This document shows, piece by piece, positions 49,781-61,850 of a DNA stretch of 64,000 nucleotides. The notes beneath the pieces are model-generated. The model was not told the origin of the DNA, ran no database searches, and worked only from the letters and a program-made list of their open reading frames with translations. This stretch comes from Negaprion brevirostris. Lineage: Eukaryota. The DNA lies in NCBI GenBank assembly GCA_030324005.1, contig JARDVH010000121.1, positions 30,770,704 to 30,834,703 on the forward strand, given 5' to 3'. Made by a program: the position numbers and the translations under genes. Each line of letters begins with the position of its first letter. Positions within the stretch are counted from its first letter, which is position 1.

Positions 49781-51244
49781 CAGTTTCAGTCCTTTCCCCT
49801 AATTTTAGATTCATCAATTCTTCAGTGAACAACATTGAGATGGTAATTAAGCACTCAGTCATTTGTTTTGCATAGTGTATTATTAGTGCAATGTTTAAGT
49901 TGTATTATTAGTGCGTGTATAATATGACATAGCTTGGACTATTTCTATGACTGTATGGAATAAGCTAAGTAATTACAGCATGGTGTAACTTTCATTAACT
50001 AAGTACACACATGTGTAGAGCCAAGTCTAATAATATGGAATGCCAACTTTGAACAGAGTGCAAGCTATAACCTGGGTTAGCCTGCTAAGCCTTTCAGAAA
50101 CAATGTAGTGCATTTTATTGATATTTCCATGCAAGTACATTTGGAAGCGAGGCCATCAGAGTGGTAGATGTATATTTATTTTACTTCTGGATAATTTTCA
50201 AAGTGGAAAAAGCACAATGCTTTTTTTAAGGAGTAATTGGAAACCTGTAACTGATAGTAATTTGATAGCTAGTTGGTGAACGGCATTGGAGTGATTTGTA
50301 GTGATATCGGTTACCAGTATGCAAAGGCAGTATTCCAGCTGATGGCTTATGCTTTGGTTTCTTTTCTCTCTCTGTCCTGCAGTCTCAGAACAGTGCACAA
50401 TTTATTTATAGCTGAAACGGAGCAGCACTGGTGCAAAAGACATTCTAAATGCAGATTGGCTACTGTTTCAGGATTTCTGTATTCTCTGACACCCCAGTGT
50501 ATTATCATAATTGACTTTTGTACATGATATTGTGCTAAAATGAGGTGCATTTGTTTAAAGCCCTGGAGTCCCTTTCTTCGATTTTACCAAGTTTCAGCTT
50601 CATTGTCTAGGTCACATGACCTCTTCACCAGACCTGTCCAAAGTTATAAAAGCTGAGTGACGGGGAATGGAGATCCTGTGACAGCCCAAATATATGAAAG
50701 AAATCAGACTGCCAGTTGCCCATTAGAGAGGCTGCTGTACACGGCGGCCTCATCATGTTTGCTTTCAAACTACACTGAGCACCTAAATCAGCAGAGTGAA
50801 TGCAGATGGAAGTGGACAGTAGTGCTGCAAATGGTTGCAACGATGTCATCAAACTTTTCCATTCAGCTGAAGGAAAGCTTATTATCACTGCTGTGTACAG
50901 AACATTTAACTCTTTCGGCGGTGCGGACTTAGGTTTAGAAATAAAATGGTACCTGAATAGACATCGATTATAAAGTTTGAAAGAAGCAAAATGTTGCAAC
51001 GGTTGCAAATCTACTGCTTGCAGATCAGGCGGCAAGTGTTGCATAAGGGCAACAGTTAGATTAATTTTTCGGGTTTTAGGACCTTTCACCCTTTGTCAGA
51101 GCCATAAGATCACAAACATTAATGTACAGCTTTATTTCACATTTTGTAAACTTTATTTTTTAACCCCATACTCTCTTAAAGACATTACCTTTGTTAGGAC
51201 GTAGGTCCAGATGGATTCAGCAGCCCTGGAATATCTCTGCAGTA

Positions 51245-51562
51245 GGGTGGCACAGTGGCAGAGTGATTAGGAATGCTGCCTCACAGTACCAGGGACTTGG
51301 GTTCAATTGCAGCCTTGGGTGACTGAGTGGAGTTTGCATGTTCTACCCATATATGCCTGGGTTTCCTCTGGTTTCCTTCCATAGTCCAAAGATGTGCAGG
51401 TTAGAGTGACTGGCTGTGCTAAATTTCCCCTTAGTGTTAGGGAGATTGGCAAGGTAAGTATGTGGGGTTACAGCGATACAACCTGGATGGGGTTATTTTC
51501 GGTGTAGGCTTGATGGGCCGAATGGCTTCCTTCTGCAATGTTGAGATTCTGTTACATTCTAT
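51245..51562 (+). mobile_element. HE1/V-SINE
   Basis: Head-to-tail match to 44331-44673. Confidence 0.88.
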
Positions 51563-51912
51563 TATTAATATCTTGCTTCAATGGCTGAACTTGATCTGCA
51601 AATCAGGATATTTGAGTGTTGTTGGGTTATGTGGCCATAAAAACATTTCAGCAGAGCCAGTATTGCGCTCATCCATATTTTACTTCTGTGCAGAAAGCAC
51701 CTCCCTCCTTTTTTGAGAGTGTTTTTAAGTCAATTGACACCACAAAATGTGCTAGCCGAGATGTACTATTAAAACAAAGTGCTTTCCCTGGCATTACAAT
51801 ACAAGCAAATGCAAATCATTAGAAAATAGTTGTAAATTATTATAAATAACTGATTGACTATTGGAAATCTACTGCAAATGCAATTCTGTGTTTGCACCAG
51901 AGAGTTATAAAA

Positions 51913-52160
51913 AAGAATGGCTTGCGTTTATGTAGATCTTTTCATGGTCAGTGGGCATCTCAAAACACTTTACAATTAATGAAGTAATTTTCAAGTGTGT
52001 TCACTGTCGTACAAATGTGTAGCCAATATGCACATGATAATGACTGGATAATCTCTTCTTGTGACATTGATTGATGGATAAATATTGGTCAGAACACTGG
52101 AATTAACTCCCCTATATTTCTTCAAAACAGTCCCATGGGTTCTTTTGCATCCTGGTTCAA
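51913..52160 (-). mobile_element. DeuSINE 3' part
   Basis: ggataaatattggtcagaacactggaattaactcccctatatttcttcaaaacagtcccatggg Deu-domain plus L2-like tail. Confidence 0.75.
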
Positions 52161-53099
52161 CATCTTCCTAGCACTTGTATACCATAAGATCTTTGTGAAT
52201 GAGCTATGTGTTGCCAAATTAAGTTCCAGTGATGTTTCATCACATTGACAATATCTTGTTGTGTTGCAAAACACCAGCCAAGAATTATATCATGAGTTAG
52301 AATTCTAATGTATTTGTAATTGTCCTTAAATCATCTTACTTGTCATAATCAATACAATTTTGCATTTCTGTGATAGTCTATGAAAACAACTGCAGTAAAC
52401 CACAGCAATTCAATAAAAATCAAGTAGCTGATGGCACTAAATGGCACCAGAGCACAGGTATGTTCAAACCTGGCAATGTTTCAGACCCAGTAATTTCTGA
52501 AAAGTTGCTCAAACAAGTCCTAGAATATGAGCCTCCAGAGTTAAATAGAGCTCGGTGCCTCACCATTTACCTCAGGATAATTATATTGTTGGTAGAAAAA
52601 AAAACAATGCATATCCAGAGATTTAAAAGAGTCCACATCTCAATATATTTATCACAACTTGGCCTAAGTTGACTGGTTTATAATCAAGATACTGCAGTGA
52701 AAATAGGCTTGGATGCAAGAATATTCGATTTGTTTTAAAGCTGTCATATTCCAGTCCACAATCCATCATTTGCCAGTATGATTTGAAAAAGGCACAACAT
52801 GAAAAGCCTTTACTTTAAAACTTGCCCGTTTTTAGACATGATGTACATCAACTATTACTTCCTTGTGGCAGTGATTGAAGTCACAGTATCGTCTCCTCCC
52901 TATCATTTGTTTGCAGCCAGCACATATCAATCCTCATCCTTGTCAACACTTCGTAACCTGAATTTTCCCTCTTTCCGCTCACCTACACATTTGGCTGTGT
53001 TAACCCTGAGTCCATTCTTTCATGACTTCTCTTTCCCCTTTCTCCTGCTCTCCCCATTTCTGTCACCCAGTCTTATGATCTTTCTTTTCTCCCCTCTCA

Positions 53100-54385
53100 T
53101 GTTCTACCCCCCATCACCACCTCAAATCCTTTGCTATTCTTCTGTTTTCCTGTTCTCCTGTTGTAATGACAGGCTTGACTACCTCTTGGATAAATCCACA
53201 TCTACCCTTTGTGGCTCTCTCACCATTCTTTGAAGATCCTACTAAGCCACAAGTCGGATCCTTCAAGAGCAAAAACTGCAAATATTCCATTCGTTTCTCT
53301 GCCTGACCATCGCATCCAACATTTCTGTTATCATCTAACCTAACCCACTTCCTCCTCTCGCTGCTCACTCTGTGTATTGTTGAACTTTTGGACTCTGCCA
53401 TCACTACCCCACGAGGCATTTCACTCAGAATGTCCATTCGCTTGCAAACAAGATTCTTGCATTCAAATCCTTCACCGCCACATCTCATGAGCCTGTCAGC
53501 TCCCATCATCTTGATAACAGACAAGGCTGTCTCTGATCACTATCTTGTTATCCTCGCCATTCAATCTCCTCACCCACTCCCTTCCAACACTACTTCCTTC
53601 TATCCCTGCTCTAAAGCATTCTCTCCCAAGTCACTTATAGCTACATTTTCATACTGCCAACAGTGTCGAGTGGTATCCACTATTTGCTGCAATGCCTCTG
53701 CAGTTGTCAATTTGCTTCTACCATTAATGCCCTTGTCCCCAGTGAAACATTCATTATTTTCCACTCTAATAGGTCTAATACTGTCTTCATTTTTCACTCC
53801 CTCAAGTCCACGGGGCACTGACTTGAATGTGCCTGGCACCCAACTGGTTTAGCCATTGATTGTCAGGCTGGGGTCCACCAAGCACTTTCAATGTCTGCTT
53901 CTCCTCTGGCAAAACTATGCACAACTCCTGGTTTAGGTGGGAATTGGTTTTCTCTCCACTATCAGCATTAATCCTTTATCCTGCTCCTTCCACACTCACT
54001 TCATGCAAAGAAATTAGGCTTCTTTGTCACTAAGATTGCGATCACCCATTCAATTTCTATTGTACATCTCCAGCTTCTTCTATTCCACTATACGAAAGAG
54101 TCTAAACATTTCCTTGTTTCTCTTCTCATGCCGTATGCAAGATTATGTACTCCAGGTGACCCACATCCAGATTTCCTAATCCCAGTGGATTGGTGATCAC
54201 CCAACCTCCCTTTCCCCATGTTAGTTGATATTGCAAGAAGTTTCCCCTTTTCAAACATTATCCACATCCTTTTCAAAATTGCATCATCACATTTCTGAAA
54301 CAGCCCACACTTGACTCTATGCGCTTGCAAACTATCGACCTATCCCAACACTCTCTTCTCCAAAATCTTTGAGTGTGTTGAATTT
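53100..54385 (+). mobile_element. L2-clade LINE relic (endonuclease to start of RT)
   Basis: DKAVSDHYLV (APE endonuclease SDH motif) and PTLD...LANYRPI...SKIFECV; pyrimidine-rich sense strand typical of L2. Confidence 0.75.
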
Positions 54386-54841
54386 ATTGGAGTTAAAAAT
54401 CATGAGAGATATAATATGGACTTCTGGTTCACTTTTACTCATTTGACATCATTGTACGAAATCATTATAACACTTTTTTTAATGTTTTTTCTAAATCTTT
54501 ATGATGGCAATCCAATTTTATAGTAAAAACAAAGGCAAAATAGCAAATGTTGGCAATCTGAAATCAAACAACATGTTGGAATGCCTGTCAGATCAGGCAG
54601 AACATTACATTGAAGTGAGAGTTTTAGTTGCATTGTTGAGCTGTTTTACTCCACAGCAAGGTGAAAATGCACAGCAACAGTTATGATTAGGCTCAGCAAG
54701 ATTAATAAATGAGTTAACACCATGAATAACAAAGAGAATTGGCTGGCCTTTGTGGTTGTTAACCAGGGTACATTGACAGTTTTTTTGCCATCATTGACCA
54801 TGCTGTGAAACTGACAGCAACTTTGGGAATCTGCATTTGCA

Positions 54842-55111
54842 GTAAGAAGTCTCACAACACCAGGTTAAAGTCCAACAGGTTTATCTGGTAGCAAAAGGTG
54901 AGGGGGAGTTCTATTTACAAACAGGGCATATAAAGACACAAACTCAATTTACAGAATAATGGTTGGAATGAGAGTCTTTACAGGTAATCAAGTCTTAAAG
55001 GTACAGACAATGTGAGTGGAGAGAGGTTTAAGCACAGGTTAAAGAGATGTGTATTGTCTCCAGCTGGGACAGTTGGTGAGATTTTGCAAGCCCAGGCAAG
55101 TTTTGGGGGTT
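54842..55111 (-). mobile_element. Penelope-like element terminal repeat fragment
   Basis: gtaagaagtctcacaacaccaggttaaagtccaacaggttta... recalled as a shark Penelope-type terminus; from memory, not searched. Confidence 0.5.
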
Positions 55112-55526
55112 ATATTAAATATAAATACAAAGCCAGCCCTCCTATTTTACATTTGATTAAGTTACTTTAGGGTGGTTTTGAACAGCCAGTATTTTGGACA
55201 AACTTTTTGTAGCTGTCAATCACTTTTTCTGGTTACTGGGTTTCCAGTGTGTACAATCTTTCGCTGGCTCGAAAGGTAAGTATCTGCCTGCTTCTGTGCA
55301 GGTGCAGCTGTGACTGTGGAACAAGTCTGTACTCTTGATGTTAAAAATACATGGTAAATGCAGCATCCTTCTGAGCTCTTGACTATTGATATATCAAATA
55401 CTGGCTTTTAGTAATGGGTTTTGAAGCTTTAATTTCTGAGGCCTCACGCAGAAGGTGAGGCCTGTAGAATATGGGCATCTAGAATAGCAAGGGTTAATGT
55501 GGGCCTGAGAAGCAGCACTGCAGCAC

Positions 55527-55728
55527 TGTGATGTAAAGAGACACATGACCTGAAACTAGAATTAGTTGTGGACTGGACAGAGACCTGTTAGAAGCAAACA
55601 TGGAGTTAGCTCATAGCTTAGGCAATACTCTATATATGTACATAGTTATGTGTTCAAATAAACATTTCAGGTTCAACCAAACAAGATGCAGAACCTCTTT
55701 GTGAGACCAACTGAACATACAGCAAGGT
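55527..55728 (+). mobile_element. Solo LTR, same family as 25524-25732
   Basis: Identical first 22 nt tgtgatgtaaagagacacatga; shared actggacagagacctgt and aataaac. Confidence 0.7.
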
Positions 55729-56454
55729 ACTTTAAATAGCCTGGGTCTAATTTGGGTCAGAAACAGAATGACCTTTGTCTAGAAAAAAGCACACCCAGGC
55801 CTAGTTAAGGTCAGTAACTTTATGAGGCCTCTTTAAGAATATTTTAACTAATATTGTAAATGATTTCCTCCATGCAATCGCTCCTATTCAAAAATGTCAC
55901 CTCATATACATGCTGTACTTGGCTAATCATCAAATGCACAGGTCAACATCTATATGAATGCTAATAACTCAGCTCTATCTCTCCACACCTCTTTTAACAT
56001 TTTAATACACACTATACTCTTAAATTGCTTGCCCAACATCTATTTTGAATGCAATTAGACTCATGCAAATGCCTCAAACAGGGGCTCATGCCATCAGTGA
56101 ATCCGATGCATTTTAATCATGGCCTGATGAATATCAGGTTGGGCAGCACAATTTAGCTAAATACATATATCCATTCGGAAGATGGTTATTTCACTGCACT
56201 CTGGAACAAATGCAGAATTCTATTTGGCAGACAAATGCAGACAAACCTCCCCAGTAATCACTTGTTGTTACTCCCTAGGATACAAGATGCATTACTCGAA
56301 AAAGAGGGGAGAATGGCAANNNNNNNNNNNNNNNNNNNNNNNNNNNNNNNNNNNNNNNNNNNNNNNNNNNNNNNNNNNNNNNNNNNNNNNNNNNNNNNNN
56401 NNNNNNNNNNNNNNNNNNNTTTTTTCTATTATCATGGAGTCATAGATCCCTGAG

Positions 56455-56918
56455 TATCAAGGGGATTAGTAGGGTAAATGTGGGGTTATGGGGATATACA
56501 GGGCCTGGGTGGGATTGTTGTCACTGCTGATTTGATGGGCCAAATGGCCTCCTTCTGCACTGCAGTGATTCTATTCTATGATATTCATAGAATCCCTATG
56601 TGCAGAAGGAGGTCATTTGCCCTATCGGGTCTGCACTGACATTCCAGAGCATCTTGCCCAGCTCTATACCCGTAACCCCACATAATTACCCCACTAATTC
56701 CCCTAGTGTATACATTTTGGGACACTAAGGGACAATTTAACATGGCCAATCTACCTAACCTTCACATACTTGGAGTGCGGAAGGAAACTGGAGCACCTGA
56801 AGGAAACCCACACAGGCGCGGGGAGAACTTGCAAACTCCACATGGACAGTCACATGAGGCTGGAATTGACCCTGGGTCCCTGGCGCTGTGAAGCAAGAGT
56901 GCTAACCATTGTGCCACC
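56455..56918. mobile_element. Tail-to-tail HE1 pair (+ strand 3' part 56455-56582; - strand full copy 56584-56918)
   Basis: ...gattctattctatgat directly abuts tcatagaatccctatgtgcagaaggagg. Confidence 0.85.
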
Positions 56919-57537
56919 CTATTATGACAGTTCCATAGATTTAATTTGTTTTAAGCTTGTTTGAAATTTCAACTTCTGCTATGTATGTCCTAATCCTTAT
57001 TTGATGCTTTGTTTAAAAAAAAGTGTTGAAAAATCAGTGAATTTTGCCTGCTGTTCTGCTGTCTATGAGAATACTTCAATATGATTGGCTGTTTACCCTA
57101 CTTAATGGCATCATTATTGCTGGACACCTGGAAACTCCCATTATTTGACAGCAGATTCACATTAATAATCACAGAGATCACTAAGGCTTTGTTGACAGCA
57201 TTCTTTGTAGTGAATTGTAAGTGCCATTGTTTTGCTCCTGACTGTAAAATCTGGTCGAGTAAGACCTCGTGTTCTTTTTGGGCTATTTTATTTGATTGAA
57301 CATAACTAGACTGGATATTAACTTTTTGAATGCTTTGAAAATGAAATTGCATTTTTATTGTGTCTTTCACAACCTTGGGAAGTTTCAAAGCTTTTTATAG
57401 ATATTTTTGAAATGTGCTCATTCTTATCGTGTGGAAAATGCAGAACCTAAGGCAAGGCGGATGCTGAAGTATGAAACAAAAATGTAAAGTGCTGGAAATA
57501 AACAGCAGATCAGACAGCATCTGTGGAGAGAGGAGTA

Positions 57538-57756
57538 GGCCAGAATTCCCCAGCCGTTCACACTGGTGGGATTGTNNNNNNNNNNCTCTAGTCCCACTGG
57601 CAGTGCACCCCTGCTCGTGGATTTCCCACTGGCATGGGTTGACATGTTGGAAATCCCCATTGACAGCAGTGGGACCAGAGAATCCCACCACAACAAACAA
57701 TATGTCACCTCCCGCCAATGGGAAACAGACAGCTACGAGGCTGGAGAATCTCGCCC
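57538..57756. mobile_element. Harbinger-type MITE inserted in a Penelope-associated repeat (~57445-57790)
   Basis: TIRs ggccagaattcccc ... ggagaatctcgccc; host repeat cagcatctgtggagagag resumes as gctaacgtttt. Confidence 0.65.
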
Positions 57757-58693
57757 TTAGTGCTAACGTTTTAGAATGCTGATCTTTTCTTTTGATTTCA
57801 ATTTATTTGTTGAGGAGTAAGCATTGGCCAGGGCATTAGAGAAAACTCCCCTGCCACGGCATCTTTTAAGTCTTGGTTTAATATTCCGTCTGAAAGAATG
57901 GCTCTCCATTGAATCACGCTGTAATGTGATGTAATGATGAATCATCGAACTAGGGTGTAAGAGAGGGCTACAAATTGTGGGGGTGGAGGGTTCATGTAAG
58001 AGGGGATTTGGAAAATTAAAGGGAAAGGGCGAGGTAACCATACAGGGCGGTGGTGTGGGTAATAATAAGAAATAGAAAAGGAAATAAGTCATTGGTAGGA
58101 GTGGTTTATTGCCTCCCTGACAGATTCTGTAGGACAGAATATAAATCAAGAAATGACGTGGATTTGTAAGTGGGGCACTGCAATAATTCTGGGAGAGTTA
58201 AATCTTCAGTTAGACCGGATGAATCAAATTGGCAAAAGTAGCCTAAACGATGAGTTTGTAGAGTGTATTCAGGACAGTTTCTTCAAACAAAACACTCTGG
58301 AATGAAACAGAAAACAAGCTGTTTTAGACTTGGCAATAGGAAACAAGACAGGATAAATTAATGATCTCATAATCCTTTTGGTAAAAGTGATCATAACGTG
58401 ATAGAATTTCACAATCAGTTTGAGGGTGAGAAATTTGGGTCTGAAATCTGTAAAATACCCTTGTTATTGTTTTAATTTAATTTAATGAAAACAGAGTTGA
58501 CTAAAGTGGAATGGGAAAATAGGTTAAAAAGTAAAATGGTAGAGAAGCAGTGGTAGATATTTAAGGAGATGTTTCAGAACTGCCAACAAATATNNNNNNN
58601 NNNNNNNNNNNNNNNNNNNNNNNNNNNNNNNNNNNNNNNNNNNNNNNNNNNNNNNNNNNNNNNNNNNNNNNNNNNNNNNNNNNNNNNNNNNNN

Positions 58694-58985
58694 CCTTGAA
58701 TACCTTAGGCCAAAGATCTATGTCCAATTTCTTCTTGAAATCACACAATGTTTGGCCTCAATTAATTCCTGTGGTAGTGAATTCCACAGATACATCATTC
58801 TCTGGGTGAAGAAATTTCTCCTCACCTCAGTCATAAAAGGTTAACCCCTTAGCCTCAAGCTATGACCTCCAGTTCTGCACTCCCCCACATCGATAACAAT
58901 CTTTCTGAATCTACCTTGTCTAATTCTGTTAGAGTTTTATAAGTTTCTATGGGGTCCCCTCCCACTCTTGTAAACTCCAGTAATA
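58694..58985 (-). mobile_element. CR1 3' fragment inserted antisense in CR1
   Basis: ggtagtgaattccacaga...ctctgggtgaagaaatttctcctcacctcag. Confidence 0.8.
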
Positions 58986-59032
58986 TGGAATGCGCCCACC
59001 GCAGCAATGAAGCTAGACATTAAGTTAGACAT

Positions 59033-59175
59033 TAAAATAAAAGCAAAATATTGCAGATGCTGGAAATTTGAAATAAAAACAGAAAATGCTGGAGAATCTC
59101 AGCAGGTCTGACAGCACCTGTAGAGAAAGAAACAGAGTTAATTTTCAAGTCCAACATGACCTTCTTTAGAACTGA
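59033..59175 (-). mobile_element. Penelope-associated short repeat with hammerhead-like end
   Basis: Minus strand AGUU-CUAAAGA-AGGUCAUGUUGGACUU-GAAAA-UU-AACU. Confidence 0.65.
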
Positions 59176-60555
59176 AGTGAATCGTGGTCCCTTAGAAAGT
59201 GAGACTGGGAAGTAATCATGAAAGGCCAAGGAATGGAAGAGGCTTTGAACAAGTACTTTGTCATTCTCTTCTTGGTCGAAGAAAAAGAAAGCATCCCAAG
59301 AAAGAAAATCAAGAGACAAAAACAGTCACAAGAGAAGAGTAGAGGGAAAATAATGAGACAAAGGCCAACAAAATCTCCTTGCCTTAATGACTTAGATCCT
59401 AGGGTCTTAAAAGGAGTGCCTTAAATAATCTAATGCATGTATTAGTTGTAATCTCTGAAAATTCCCTATATTCTGGAAAGGTCCCAGCAGATTAAAGCTC
59501 TCAAATGTTAGACCACTATCAAAGATGGAGGCAGTCAGAAAGCAGGAAACTATCATCCAGTTAGTCAAACTCTGTCATTAGGAAAATGCTAGATTACATT
59601 ATTAAGGAAATGATATCAGGACATTCAGAAAATCATAATACAATCATGTGGAGTGAACATGGTTTTGTGTTGAAGAAATTATGTTGATAAATTTATTAGA
59701 TGCTTTGAGGATGTAACAGGCAGGTGTATAAAGTGGAACAGGTATTTTATGTAGTGTATTTGGATTTCCAGAAGGCATTAGATAAGTTACTGCATGTGAT
59801 AAGAGTTCGTGGTGTTGGGGTTTGATACTAGCATGAATAGAGGATTACTAATTAACAAGAAACAGAGTTGGGATAAATGAGTCATTTTCAGGCTGGAAAA
59901 CTGTGACTAGTGGGGTCCAACAGAGAACACTGCTGGGGCTTCAACTTTACAATCTACATTAATGACTTGGATGAAAGTATAAATTGTATTTTAGCCAAAT
60001 TTGTTGATAAAGAGATAGTTAGGAAAGCAAGTTGTGAGGAAGATTCAAAGGGCAAAGGGATATAGATAGGTTAAATGAGTGGGCAAGCAAGTTATGGATT
60101 GAATATAATATATGAAAATGTGAAGTTGTCCACTTTGGCAAGAAGAAGCAGAATATGATTTAATTGGAGGAGACTGCAGAATTCTACAGTACAGAAAAAT
60201 CTGGGTATTCTCATATACAAAAGTTAACTTGCAGCTACAGCAAATAATTAGACAGGCAAATGAAATAGTGACCCTATTGCAAAGAGATGGAGTGTAGAGG
60301 TTTAGCTGCAATGGTAAAGGGCATTGGTGAGACACTTGGAACACTGTACAGTTTTGATCTTTCACATAAGAAGGGATACACTTGCATTTTAAGACATTCA
60401 GAGAAAGTTCACTGGGCTGACTCCTGGGATGTCTTTTGAGGTAAGGTTGGGGAGGATAGGCCTATACTCATTAGAGTTGAGAAGAGTGAAAAATGATCTA
60501 ATTGCAACATATAAGATTCATAGAAAACTTGTCAGGAAGTTTCCTCTAATAAGGT

Positions 60556-61470
60556 ATCATAAGAACATAAAATTGGAGCAGGTGCCTATCAATCCTGCTG
60601 CACCATTCAGGATGATCATGGCTGATCTTGGGCTTCAACTCTATTTTCCCGTCTGCTCGTTATATCTAATGATTCCCTGAGGCACCAAAACCCTGTCTAT
60701 CCCATCCTTAAATGTATTCAACAATAGAGCAGCCACAACACGGTGGGGTAGAGAATTCCCAAGGTTCACAAACTTTTGAGTGAAGCAATTTCCCCTCATC
60801 TCAGCCCTAAATGATCGACCCTTTTTCCTGAGACTGTGCCCCTGTGTTTTGGATTCTCCAACCAGCAGAAAAGGCCTCTCAGCATCTACCCTACCAAGAC
60901 TCTTCAGAACTTTGTAGGTTTCAATGAGATCACTTCATTCTTTTAAGCTCCAGATAATACAAGCCCAATTTATTCAGCCTCTCATCAAAGAATGGACACA
61001 TCATCCCAGAGAGCCTTCACTGTATCACCTCCAATATATGTGTTTTCATACATACAAACATATATCTTCCATTTTTAAAGTGGTTAGCGCTGTACCACAC
61101 ATGGCCAAGAACCAGGGTTCAATTCCAGCCTTGAGTGACTATCCTCATGTCTGCGTGGTTTCCTCTGGATGCTCCAGTTTCCTCCCACAATTCAAAGATG
61201 TGTAGGTTAAATGGATTAGCCATGGTAAATGGGTAGGGTTATGAGATAAGGTGGAGGGGAGGGCCTGGTTGGGATGCTCTTTCGGAGAGACGGTGTAGAC
61301 TCAATGGGCTGGATGGCTTCCTTCTGCACTAAAGGGATTCTGTGGTTCTATGGAGACCAAAACTGCGCATGGCATTCCAAATGTGACATCACAAAAACCG
61401 TGCATGACTTGTAGCAAGACGTCTTTAGTCCTGTAATCCAATCCCATTGCAATAAAGGCCATTTGTCATC
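60556..61470 (-). mobile_element. CR1 3' fragment (antisense) containing an HE1
   Basis: cataagaacataa terminus, gatcatggctgatc; resumes ggagaccaaaactgcgca after the HE1. Confidence 0.8.
61080..61352 (+). mobile_element. HE1/V-SINE
   Basis: gtggttagcgctg head through gggattctgtggttctat tail. Confidence 0.85.
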
Positions 61471-61759
61471 TGAATTGTAAATACCATTCGACATAATGGC
61501 ATAGAAATCCTTGGACACACTCTTGGACTGTGATTCTGGCAGTTAACACCAGGATTGTGCCCATTAGCACCTTGCCATTTTGGCCCATCAGGGAATGAAT
61601 TTGTAAGAAATGTTTGGATGCTGAAATGACTTCAGTATCTTTCTGAATAAATGAACTGAAGTAATGTAACAGTCTTCCTCAACTCTAGCTGTCTTGTGAT
61701 CTTGATAATTTTCTGCCACTGCAATCCAATGCAAAGCAAGGTTGCAGCTAATATCCAGT

Positions 61760-61850
61760 TTTTTATTCATTCATGGGACATAGCCATCGCTGGCTGGCCA
61801 GCATTTATTGCCCATCCCTAGTTGCCCTTGAGAAGGTGATGGTGAGCCTT
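61760..61850 (-). mobile_element. LINE 3' terminus (partner of the second SINE family)
   Basis: catcgctggctggccagcatttattgcccatccctagttgcccttgagaaggtg. Confidence 0.7.

Larger units (their letters stand above)
58140..60545 (+). mobile_element. Long CR1 LINE relic (endonuclease plus RT)
   Basis: IILGELNL (GDFN-like), GKSDHN, KAGNYHPVS, VYLDFQKALDK, SGVQQRTLLG and AKFVDK motifs, in order. Confidence 0.88.

Noticed and set aside
52799-53233. Hydrophobic 144-aa ORF as a membrane protein
   Set aside because: F/L/S/P bias comes from a pyrimidine-rich tract leading into the L2 relic
56122-56140. CTGATGA word as a hammerhead or C/D-box motif
   Set aside because: Only a small hairpin (cctgatgaatatcagg) with no GAAA box or stems; same for 9654 and 22043
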